DNA of 64,000 nucleotides from an uncultured Actinomycetota bacterium (GTDB lineage: Bacteria > Actinomycetota > Actinomycetes > Propionibacteriales > Nocardioidaceae), in NCBI GenBank assembly GCA_963815445.1, contig CAWFGV010000004.1, positions 121,346 to 185,345 of the forward strand, read 5' to 3'. This document shows positions 25,518 to 33,732 of the stretch, piece after piece (the first letter of the stretch is position 1; each line of letters begins with the position of its first letter). The position numbers were made by a program, and so were the translations under genes. A model generated the notes under the pieces. The model was not told the origin of the DNA and searched no databases. It saw only the letters and a list, made by a program, of their open reading frames with translations.

Positions 25518-26905
25518 ATGAGTACGACGCAGGGACCGCCACCGACCGTGGGCCTCGACGATGCCTTCGGTCGTGGTTTCGCGGGCGTCCGTCGAGAGCT
25601 TGCTGACCTGGTCGACACTGCGACCTGGTCGTTGGACGACACCCGTCTCGACCAGCGGATCAGGGACGCCCTCGCGGTCCGGGCCGCTGCCGATGAGCTG
25701 GTCGCCCGGCTGGTCGCGGAGGCTGATGACCGCAACCTGGCCCACCGCCACGGTGCGTCCTCCACGAGGGCGCACCTGATGACGACCCACCGGATGTCGG
25801 CCGGCGAAGCGTCCCGGACCGTGCGGACCGCCAAACAGCTGCACAGCACCGGTGTGACCGAACCGACCCGTCGCGCGGTCGCCGCCGGAGACGTGTCGGC
25901 CGAACAAGGGGTGGTGGTCGCGGCCGCGGTCAACCGGCTCTCAGCCAGTGTTGATCCGGACCGGGTCGAGGTGGCTCAGAAGCGATCTGTTGGCGCATGC
26001 GCGGACACTGTCGTTCACCCAGCTGCAGGTCGCGGCGAACCATCTGGTCGAGGTGGTCGACCCCGACACCGTCGACCAGACGTTGGAGCAGCAGCTCGCC
26101 GCCCAGGAACGCAAGGCGTTGGCGTCGGCATGGTTCACCGGCCAGTACGGTGCCGACGGGATCGCGCGCGGCCGGTTCGCGTTACCGAACCTGACCTTCG
26201 GGATGCTCAAGAAACACCTCGACGCGCTGGCCGTCGCCCCGACGCACCGGCACCGGCACCGGCACCGACACGCGACAGCCGTCGTCGATCAGACAGCCGA
26301 ACGACCCACGCGCTGACACGACCGTCGAGCGACCTGCCCTACGGCAACCGGCTCGGCCGAGCCCTGTGTGAGCTCATCGAACACCTCCCCACAGACGGAC
26401 ACCCCCAGCACGGGGCCACCAACGTCTCGCTCGTCGTCACCGTCGAGCGGAGACCAGACTCCGTGCCGGCGCCGGGGAAGCCACCCTGGACACCGGCGGT
26501 GCGATCTCCATCGGTGAGACCCGCCGGTTGGCGTGCAACGCCGGCGTCCTGCCGATGGTGCTCGCGGGTGACTCCCGCATCCTCGACCTCGGCACGAGCC
26601 GTCGCCTGTTCGACCGCTACCAGCGCATCGCGCTCATGACCCGCGATCAAGGCTGCGTCTTCCCCGGCTGTGAACGACCCGCCGCCTGGTGTGAGGCACA
26701 TCATCGGATCCCCTGGAGCCGCGGCGGCCCGACCGACCTCGACAACGGATGCCTCCTGTGCAGCTTCCACCACCACCTCATCCACCAAGGCGAATGGGAC
26801 CTGGCCCTCGCCCCCGACGGCATCACCGAAGTCATCCCACCAACCCGCATCGACCCGCAGCGAAGACCCATCCGCCACCAACGCTTCAAACCCCGACCCG
26901 GGTAG
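25518..26905 (+). pseudogene. HNH endonuclease / DUF222 (REP13E12-like) gene broken by several frameshifts
   Basis: One protein is spread over three frames. The N-terminus is 25518 onward (DLVDTATWSLDDTRLDQRIRD...). The middle is 25948..26316 (LSFTQLQVAANHLVEVVDPD...). A short return to the first frame follows (GRALCELIEHLP...LVVTVE). The C-terminus is 26528..26905, with CVFPGCERPAAWCEAHHRIPWSRGGPTDLDNGCLLCSFHHHLIH. Confidence 0.8.
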
Positions 26906-27183
26906 ACCTTGTTGCTGGACGATCCGAGGACCTGCAGCTCCAACGTTGATGGGTGAGCTGCTCGACGCCCACATCGACGAAGACCGGTTTATTGCCGTGG
27001 CCGACCTGCTGGCCGAGATGGCCGCTCTGTCGGCGGAGCGTGCGACCTGTACCGACGGAGCGGGCGATGAGCGTCGACGCGTTGCTGACCAAGCTCGAGT
27101 CGTTCGCATCCGAGTCTCGCCCCGGTGTCGAGCCGGGTCTTGGCGTCTCTTGAGGGGTGTCGTTCGGTGCCACCACGACCCCG

Positions 27184-27822
27184 TCAAGAGACGCCGAGCA
27201 GCACTCGCGCGAGAGTTAGTTCGAGCCATTCCTGGAACCGGTCAGCGGACCACCCGTAGTCGCGCACCAGCATGCCGAAGGTGGTGGGGCTCGCCAGGGC
27301 CGAGTACGTCGCCGCGGCCTCCTCGGCGTCGAGGCCGGGCCGGAGCGGGCCATTTGCGAGCAGCAGGTCGATGTAGCGCCGCTGCCCCTGGAGGCGGCGT
27401 TCCTCGTGGCCTCTGGTGAGCTCCGCGGCCCGGGAGTCGGCTGCGGCGGCCCCCACGAGGATGGCATGGACCGCATACACGCGCTCCAGGATGCTGCGGG
27501 AAAAGGCGGCGAGTTGGCGCACCTGGTCCCGCTGATCCTTGGTTGCTGCGATTGTGGCGATCTCAGTGCGGTCGAAGATATCGGTGCCGTCGTCGGCGCC
27601 GACGATCGCCGGCTCGGAGATGGCTTCCAGCAGCGCCACCTTGTTTCCGAAGCGCTTGTAAACGGTCTCCACGGAGACGTCGGCGTGCCGGGCAATCGCC
27701 TCGAGCGTCGTTGTGCTGTACCCCCGCTCTGCAAACAACGCCGTGGCGGCCGCCACGATCCGACTACGCGTCTCGGCGGCCTGCTCGGATCGACGTGACC
27801 GTCGGGGGGTCTTGACATCCAT
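27184..27822 (-). CDS. TetR/AcrR family transcriptional regulator
   Basis: ETRSRIVAAATALFAERGYSTTTLEAIARHADVSVETVYKRFGNKVALL is the TetR HTH signature. Confidence 0.9.
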   Translation of the reverse strand: MDVKTPRRSRRSEQAAETRSRIVAAATALFAERGYSTTTLEAIARHADVSVETVYKRFGNKVALLEAISEPAIVGADDGTDIFDRTEIATIAATKDQRDQVRQLAAFSRSILERVYAVHAILVGAAAADSRAAELTRGHEERRLQGQRRYIDLLLANGPLRPGLDAEEAAATYSALASPTTFGMLVRDYGWSADRFQEWLELTLARVLLGVS

Positions 27823-27833
27823 GGCGAAGACGG

Positions 27834-27867
27834 TACAGCATTGCTGTATTACTACAGTCTCACTGTA
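27834..27867. promoter_or_regulatory. Two adjacent 15-bp palindromes TACAG-N5-CTGTA (candidate TetR operators)
   Basis: TACAGCATTGCTGTA (27834-27848) and TACAGTCTCACTGTA (27853-27867). They fill the 53-bp divergent gap between the TetR start (27822) and the isochorismatase-family start (27876). Confidence 0.65.
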
Positions 27868-27875
27868 TCGAACGG

Positions 27876-28514
27876 GTGGTCACCATGGAGTTGAGCCTCG
27901 AGCCGCGCCGCACGGCACTGGTGAACGTCGACATGCAACGGTGCTTCATTGAAGGGAGTCCGCTCGCGTCCCCGGAGGGCCCGGCGCTCGTGCCTCGCGT
28001 CAACAAGCTGGCACAGGCCTGCCGAGAGGGGGGCGCTTTGGTCGTGCACACCCGCGGCTGGTTGCGTCCCGACGGGTCAAACCTCGGCCGCGTCCCGGAA
28101 CTGGTCCCCTCGTTTATCACCGACCTGTACACGGCGGGCGCAGCAACTGCGTTGTTCCCGGAGGATCTGGACGTAGAGCCCGGGGACGTGGTGCTCGACA
28201 AGCCGCGATACGGCGCCTTCCACGGCACTGACCTCGATCAGGTGCTGCGGTCTGCTGCAGTGGACACAGTGCTCATCAGTGGCATCGCGACAAACATCTG
28301 CTGCGACACGACCGCTCGCGAGGCATCCCAGCGGGACTATCGAGTGGTCTTCCTCAGTGATGGCACGGCCACAAGGGAGATGAACGGCGTCCCTGCCGCC
28401 GAGCTGCAGCGTGCGACGCTCGCCAGCCTTGGTATGGTCTTCGCCCGCATCGCGACTGTCGACGAGGTGACCACCGCACTGCGGATCGGGCAACCCGAGT
28501 CGGCATCCGTGTGA
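27876..28514 (+). CDS. Isochorismatase-family cysteine hydrolase
   Basis: TALVNVDMQRCF, VLDKPRYGAFHGTDLDQVLR and VLISGIATNICCDTTAREA give the catalytic Asp, Lys and Cys context of the family. Confidence 0.85.
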   Translation: MVTMELSLEPRRTALVNVDMQRCFIEGSPLASPEGPALVPRVNKLAQACREGGALVVHTRGWLRPDGSNLGRVPELVPSFITDLYTAGAATALFPEDLDVEPGDVVLDKPRYGAFHGTDLDQVLRSAAVDTVLISGIATNICCDTTAREASQRDYRVVFLSDGTATREMNGVPAAELQRATLASLGMVFARIATVDEVTTALRIGQPESASV

Positions 28515-28702
28515 ACCGCTGGAAGGAGCGTCCGTTGGCCGCGGACGCGCACCGCGAGATTGCGAGAACGCTCACAAGCAAACCCGATCTCACGAAACAC
28601 CCTGCTCACTGACGTGACGTCACTTGTCTTAGCTTAGTGGGCGAAAGGACGCGACGGCCGGCGCGAGATCGCGGACACCTTTGGGTTCCCTACCTGGAGG
28701 GC

Positions 28703-29095
28703 ATGGACATGGCTTGGATCGAGAAGAAGCAGCGCCGCGACGGGGGCGTGTCCGCCCGCGTCGTCTGGCGGCTTGGCGGTGGCCGGGATGGCAACTACCA
28801 GTCGGAGACGTTCAGCGCTGGGACCGATCCGCTGACCGCACCTCCTCGATTCATTGACATCGGCGAGGAGTACGTCCGTCAGATCGTCGACCTCTCACCT
28901 GGGCAGCGGAAGCGCTACCTCGGTCACCTCAAGGTGCTCGGCGAGACCCAGGTGCGCGACTCGCTGCTCTTCACCAAGCCGGTCACCTCAATCACCGAGG
29001 CGGACCTGACGGACTGGCTGATCGGCTGGGACCGGTCGCGGAAGACCAAGGCGACTATCCCGGGCTCATCCACGGGGTCTTCGCCCAGGTCATAA
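28703..29095 (+). pseudogene. Tyrosine integrase remnant (N-terminal fragment only)
   Basis: MDMAWIEKKQRRDGGVSARVVWRLGGGRDGNYQSETFSAGTD is the typical N-terminal DNA-binding start of actinobacterial tRNA-targeting integrases. The ORF ends after about 130 aa, 12 nt from the 3' end of tRNA-Leu. The catalytic domain is missing. The last codons read better in another frame (GLIHGVFAQV). Confidence 0.65.
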
Positions 29096-29107
29096 GACCT
29101 GGGGCTG

Positions 29108-29194
29108 TGGTGCGCGAGGGGGGAGTTGAACCCCCACGCCCTTTCGGGCACACGGACCTGAACCGTGCGCGTCTGCCTATTCCGCCACCCGCGC
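29108..29194 (-). tRNA. tRNA-Leu (anticodon CAG)
   Basis: The reverse complement folds as acceptor GCGCGGG/CTCGCGC (one G-U pair), anticodon stem CACGG/CCGTG with loop TTCAGGT, long variable arm TGCCCGAAAGGGCGT, and T arm GGGGG TTCAACT CCCCC. Discriminator A and CCA are encoded. Confidence 0.9.
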
Positions 29195-29450
29195 GCAACG
29201 CCGCGACTCGTCTCAGCTGTTCACACCGGAGGCGCAAAAGCAGTGGGAAGAAGTCCACGGCGAACAGAAAGACTAACACGCACGCATCGTCGCGTTGACC
29301 ACGCTCTACGCTGCGCCGATAGCCGCTCAACGGCCCATTCCGGCTACGATCGAGCCCGACGATGACGTGCCGGCCGACCAAGAGAGGTCCGGTCACGCCG
29401 TCGTGCGTGTCCAGACCGCCGCTGTCGATCGCAGGAGGAGGTGAGAGCCC

Positions 29451-30404
29451 ATGGGGGCCCTGCACCGCTTCGAGCATCGCCTCGAGCAGATGGTGACGGG
29501 CGCCTTCGCCCGTGCCTTCCGCAGTGCCGTGCAGCCGATGGAGATCGCGGCTGCACTCCAGCGTGAGGTCGACAACTCCGCCCAGATTCTCAGCCGCGAC
29601 CGACGACTGGCGCCCAACAATTTCACCATCGACCTGTCCGGCCCCGACTTCGACCGGCTCTCGACGTACGGCGACACGTTGTCGCGCGAACTCGCCGCGA
29701 TGCTGCATGAGCACGCCGAGGACCAGCACTACATGTTCGCGGGTCCCGTCTCGATGAACTTCACCCGCGCCGACGACCTCACCACGGGCCGCTTCCGGGT
29801 GCGCAGCGAGGCGTCGGCCGCGGTGACGCCTGTGGCCGGGCAGAGCCTCACCGACACCGCCGTCGGCCGAGCACCTCTGTTCCTCGAGATCAACGGCACC
29901 CGCCATCCTCTGGAGTCTCCCGGCCTGACGATCGGCCGCGGCAGCAACGCGGACCTACGCATCGACGATCCCGGCATCTCGCGGCGCCACGTCGAGTTCC
30001 GCGTCCAGCCCGGTACCGGGACCGCGTCGGTCAGCGTGGTCGACCTGGGGTCGACCAACGGCACCACGGTGAACGGTCAGCGCGTCCAGCAGGCCGTGCT
30101 CGACGACGGCTCGGTCGTCCAGATCGGCAGCACACGCATCGTCGTACACGTGGGCGGTACGTCGGCGCGACCAGCCAGCCAGCCTGGCGCGTCGGCCCCG
30201 AGCCCTGGCCCCACACAGCCAGGACCAGGTCCGCGGGGTCCGCAGGGCCCAGGCCCGGGGCGCCCGGGACGACTCGCCCTACCCGCCCTACCGTCCCCAG
30301 ACTTCACCGCCCGGATCCTCGGGGTCCCCACCACCATCTCCCAACCCGTCCGGCCAGTCCCTGCGCGCACCTGGACGGGTGACCGGTGTCTGAGCTCACG
30401 CTGA
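29451..30404 (+). CDS. fhaA: FhaA-like protein (DUF3662 N-terminal domain plus FHA domain)
   Basis: MGALHRFEHRLEQMVTGAFARAFRSAVQPMEIAAALQRE is the DUF3662 start. The FHA core is LTIGRGSNADLRIDDPGISRRHVEF...VVDLGSTNGTTVNG. AGGAGGAGG lies upstream. The 3' end is uncertain (see finding). Confidence 0.8.
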   Translation: MGALHRFEHRLEQMVTGAFARAFRSAVQPMEIAAALQREVDNSAQILSRDRRLAPNNFTIDLSGPDFDRLSTYGDTLSRELAAMLHEHAEDQHYMFAGPVSMNFTRADDLTTGRFRVRSEASAAVTPVAGQSLTDTAVGRAPLFLEINGTRHPLESPGLTIGRGSNADLRIDDPGISRRHVEFRVQPGTGTASVSVVDLGSTNGTTVNGQRVQQAVLDDGSVVQIGSTRIVVHVGGTSARPASQPGASAPSPGPTQPGPGPRGPQGPGPGRPGRLALPALPSPDFTARILGVPTTISQPVRPVPARTWTGDRCLSSR

Positions 30405-30859
30405 CGTTGATCAAGGTCGGCTTCCTGGCTCTGCTGTGGATGTTCGTCCTGTCGTCGGTGTCCGTCATCAGGTCGGACATGTTCGGTGAACGGGTCGATC
30501 CACAGCGCGCCGCCGCGGCCCCCAAGCCTGCCAAGCCCAGCAAGCGACCGCCGAAGAAGCGACGCGGCGCCCCCACGCAGCTGGTCATCAGCGAAGGCGC
30601 GAACGCCGGCATCTCGGTGCCGCTCGAAGGCGCCCCGATCCTGCTCGGGCGTGGCGCCGACGCGACCATCCGCCTCGACGACGACTACGTCTCGACCCGG
30701 CACGCGCGCTTCGTCCCCCACGGCGACGACTGGTACGTCGAAGATCTCGGCTCGACCAACGGCACCTATATCGGCAGCCAGCGCATCACGACTCCGATGG
30801 TGGTCGCGATCGGCGTCCAGGTCCGCATCGGCAAGACGATTGCCGAGCTGAAGAAGTAG
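30386..30859 (+). CDS. fhaB: FhaB/FipA-like membrane-anchored FHA domain protein
   Basis: N-terminal TM helix LIKVGFLALLWMFVLSSV, then FHA core ILLGRGADATIRLDDDYVSTRHARF...VEDLGSTNGTYIG. Confidence 0.85.
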   Translation: MSELTLTLIKVGFLALLWMFVLSSVSVIRSDMFGERVDPQRAAAAPKPAKPSKRPPKKRRGAPTQLVISEGANAGISVPLEGAPILLGRGADATIRLDDDYVSTRHARFVPHGDDWYVEDLGSTNGTYIGSQRITTPMVVAIGVQVRIGKTIAELKK

Positions 30860-30862
30860 CCG

Positions 30863-32332
30863 ATGGCTCTCACTCTGCGATTCGCAGCGGTCTCCGACGT
30901 GGGTCGAGTCCGCAAGAAGAACGACGACTCCGGCTTCGCGGGACCACATTTCCTGATGGTGGCCGACGGAATGGGTGGCGCACCGGCCGGTGACCTCGCG
31001 TCGTCCCTTGCCGTGCAGACCATGCGCCGTCTCGACGCGCCGGCGCCGGACGACATGCTCGAGGCACTCGCGGGGGCGGTGCACCGCGCCAACGACCGGC
31101 TGTCGGAGGCCATCGAGGAAGACTCGGGCGTCGAAGGCATGGGGACCACGATCGACGCGGTGCTGTTCGACGGCGAACGCATCGGAGTGGCTCACCTCGG
31201 CGACTCCCGTGCCTACTTGTGGCGCGACGGCGAGCTGCTGCGGCTCACCAGCGACCACACCTGGGTGCAGAGCCTCATCGACGAAGGCCGGATCACCGAG
31301 GACGAGGCGAAGGTGCATTCGCACCGCTCGCTGCTGTTGAAGGTCCTCGACGGCCGACACGACAACGATCCCGACCTCACCCTGTATGACGTCCAGGCCG
31401 GTGACCGCATCCTGCTCTGCAGCGACGGTCTCTCGAGCTTCGTGCCGCACGACCGTCTCGAACGCGTGCTGGCCATCGGGACCACCGAGAGTGTCTGCGC
31501 CGAACTGCTGACACTGGCCCTGGAGGGCATGAGCAACGACAACATCACCGTGGTCCTCGGCGACGTCGTCGACGAGGCTGCAGTGGAACCGGGGCCGGAG
31601 CCGCTCGTCGTCGGGGCCGCCGCCGACCATCCGCGCGTCCGGAGCCGACTACTGGGCTGGGCCCACCGCGACGAGCCCGAGGACGCGATGCTCCTGCCGG
31701 AGGACATCGACCCGGAGGAGATCCGCTACGCACCCCGCGAGCCCAAGCGGTACCGCTGGATCTTCCGTGGCGTCGTGGCCGCGGTCGTTCTCGCGATCAT
31801 CGCCACGGTCAGCGTCTGGTCCTACAACTGGAGCCAGACCCAGTACTACGTCGCCGCCGCAGACGGCAAGGTGGCCATCTACCAGGGTGTGCAGGCCGAC
31901 CTGCCCGGCATCAAGCTGCACCACGTCTACGAGATGCAGGACGTCACCTTGTCGCAGCTGCCGAGCTATCGGCGCAGCCAGGTCATCGATGGGCTCAGCG
32001 CGTCCGACCTTGCCGACGCCCGCGACATCGTCGATCGGCTCCGCACCTTCGTGCGCAACTGCGAGCCCGCGCAGACGACGTCCACCACCAAGTCACCCGG
32101 ACACACCAAGTCGACCACGTCACCGGGCCAGACCAGGCCCGGGCAGACCGGCAAGACCGGAACCTCGACGACGAAGGGCACCAAGAACACGAAGAACACC
32201 CAGGGAACCCCACGCACCGGTGGTACGGGCGGTACGGGCGGCTCCGGCGGCACGGGCGGCTCCGGCGGCACGGGCGGCGGTTCGCCTGAAGAGTGCGCCG
32301 GTGCCACCCCGACGTCAGGGACGTCGTCGTGA
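30863..32332 (+). CDS. pstP: PP2C-family Ser/Thr phosphatase PstP
   Basis: RFAAVSDVGRVRKKNDDS, MVADGMGGAPAGDLAS and LLCSDGLS. A TM helix (GVVAAVVLAIIATVSVW) and an extracellular tail with GGTGGSGGTGG repeats follow. Confidence 0.9.
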   Translation: MALTLRFAAVSDVGRVRKKNDDSGFAGPHFLMVADGMGGAPAGDLASSLAVQTMRRLDAPAPDDMLEALAGAVHRANDRLSEAIEEDSGVEGMGTTIDAVLFDGERIGVAHLGDSRAYLWRDGELLRLTSDHTWVQSLIDEGRITEDEAKVHSHRSLLLKVLDGRHDNDPDLTLYDVQAGDRILLCSDGLSSFVPHDRLERVLAIGTTESVCAELLTLALEGMSNDNITVVLGDVVDEAAVEPGPEPLVVGAAADHPRVRSRLLGWAHRDEPEDAMLLPEDIDPEEIRYAPREPKRYRWIFRGVVAAVVLAIIATVSVWSYNWSQTQYYVAAADGKVAIYQGVQADLPGIKLHHVYEMQDVTLSQLPSYRRSQVIDGLSASDLADARDIVDRLRTFVRNCEPAQTTSTTKSPGHTKSTTSPGQTRPGQTGKTGTSTTKGTKNTKNTQGTPRTGGTGGTGGSGGTGGSGGTGGGSPEECAGATPTSGTSS

Positions 32333-33732
32333 GCGCCCCTCCAACGTCGACCTCGGGACGCTTCGTCAGCTCGTTCGTGCCGCGCAAGCGCCGCGGAGCG
32401 GAGCTGTTCTTGCTCCTGCTCGCCCTGACGCTCGGCGTCGGGTCCTACGCCCTTGTCGGGCTGGGCGCGGAGGACAAGGTGCCGGCCGACATCCTCGGCT
32501 ACGGCGGAGGACTCGTCGTGCTGGGTGTCGCCTGCCACGCGGTGGTCCGGTTGAAGGCGCCGTACGCAGATCCCGTCATTCTTCCCGCGGCGGTGGCCCT
32601 CAACGGCATGGGGCTCGCGATGATCCACCGCATCGACCTGGCCAACCTGGCCGTGGCCAGCGATGCACAGACGTTCGCCCGCCAGCAGCTGATGTGGACC
32701 ACCTTGTCGGTCGTCGGCTTCGTCGTGACCATGCTCGTCATCCGTGACCACCGCCGGCTGCAGGCGTTCACGTACACCGCCGGGTTCGCCGGCATCCTGC
32801 TGCTCCTGCTGCCGCTCGTGCCCGGTCTCGGGGTCGACATCAACGGGGCCCGCATCTGGATCCGGCTGGGGTCGTTCTCGATCCAGCCAGGGGAGATCGC
32901 CAAGATCGCTCTCGCCATCTTCTTCGCCGGCTACCTCGTGGTGAAGCGTGACGCGCTGGCCCTTGCGGGTCGGCGCTTCCTCGGCGTCGATCTGCCCCGC
33001 GGCCGCGACCTCGGCCCGATCCTGCTGATGTGGCTGATCAGCCTCGGGGTTCTGGTGTTCCAGCGCGACCTGGGCTCGTCCCTGCTGTTCTTCGGCCTGT
33101 TCGTGGTGCTGCTGTACGTCGCGACCGAACGGCCGAGCTGGCTGGTGGTCGGCGGTCTGCTGTTCGCGGGCGGCGCCTACATGAGCTACCTGCTCTTCGG
33201 GCATGTCCAGGCGCGCGTGGACGGCTGGCTGCACCCGTTCTCCAACTACGACGCGTACTACCAGATCATCCAGGGCCAGTACGGACTCGCCTGGGGCGGG
33301 ATCCTGGGCCGCGGCTGGGGGCAGGGAAGCCCACAGATCACGCCGTTCGGGTATTCCGACTTCATCGCCACGTCGCTGGGCGAGGAGCTCGGCCTCACCG
33401 GGCTGATGGCGATCATCGTGATCTACGGGTTGATCGTCGAACGCGGCTTCCGCACGGCCCTCGTCTGCCGTGACCCGTTCGGCAAGCTGCTGGCGGTCGG
33501 CCTGTCGATGGCGGTCGCCCTGCAGGTTTTCGTCGTGGTCGGTGGCGTGACGCGGCTGATCCCGCTCACCGGACTCACCACGCCGTTCCTGTCGTACGGC
33601 GGCTCGTCCCTGGTGGCCAACTGGATCATCGTGGCGCTGCTGCTGCGCATCAGCGACCACGCCCGACGGCCGCCACCCGACCTGCGCATGCCGACGGCGG
33701 ACGACGACACCCAGGTGGTGAAGATGCGATGA
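32329..33732 (+). CDS. rodA: FtsW/RodA/SpoVE family peptidoglycan polymerase
   Basis: Polytopic membrane protein with RIWIRLGSFSIQPGEIAKIALAIFFAGYL and SDFIATSLGEELGLTG. GTG 32329 overlaps the pstP stop (GTGA). The track start is GTG 32293. Confidence 0.85.
   Translation: MSAPPTSTSGRFVSSFVPRKRRGAELFLLLLALTLGVGSYALVGLGAEDKVPADILGYGGGLVVLGVACHAVVRLKAPYADPVILPAAVALNGMGLAMIHRIDLANLAVASDAQTFARQQLMWTTLSVVGFVVTMLVIRDHRRLQAFTYTAGFAGILLLLLPLVPGLGVDINGARIWIRLGSFSIQPGEIAKIALAIFFAGYLVVKRDALALAGRRFLGVDLPRGRDLGPILLMWLISLGVLVFQRDLGSSLLFFGLFVVLLYVATERPSWLVVGGLLFAGGAYMSYLLFGHVQARVDGWLHPFSNYDAYYQIIQGQYGLAWGGILGRGWGQGSPQITPFGYSDFIATSLGEELGLTGLMAIIVIYGLIVERGFRTALVCRDPFGKLLAVGLSMAVALQVFVVVGGVTRLIPLTGLTTPFLSYGGSSLVANWIIVALLLRISDHARRPPPDLRMPTADDDTQVVKMR

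Noticed and set aside
24156-25907. 583-aa minus-strand ORF, and similar long antisense ORFs (29055..29906, 30077..31630, 31966..33660, 35219..36967, 39593..41128 plus strand, 59406..60632)
   Set aside because: These are typical high-GC shadow ORFs opposite well-supported genes. Their products are low-complexity and Arg/Pro/Gly-rich with no recognisable motifs.
26949-27183. Possible coding remnant MGELLDAHIDEDRFIAVADLLAEMAALSAERA... between the HNH pseudogene and the TetR gene
   Set aside because: Only about 40 codons look coding, after which codon quality collapses. No motif is recognisable. It may be a fragment of a second DUF222-type gene, but that cannot be supported from the sequence alone.
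28611-28620. 10-bp palindrome GTGACGTCAC upstream of the integrase remnant
   Set aside because: It is short and isolated. It could be an old attachment or regulatory site of the decayed element, but nothing else supports a call.
32215-32280. Short tandem repeats that might suggest a CRISPR or other array: the GGTGGS-coding repeats in pstP, the Thr-rich 27-bp repeat in pknB at 38252-38305, and the acidic ETE/TED repeats in jag at 60440-60570
   Set aside because: All are in-frame low-complexity coding repeats without spacers, and there are no cas genes. There is no CRISPR array in the window.
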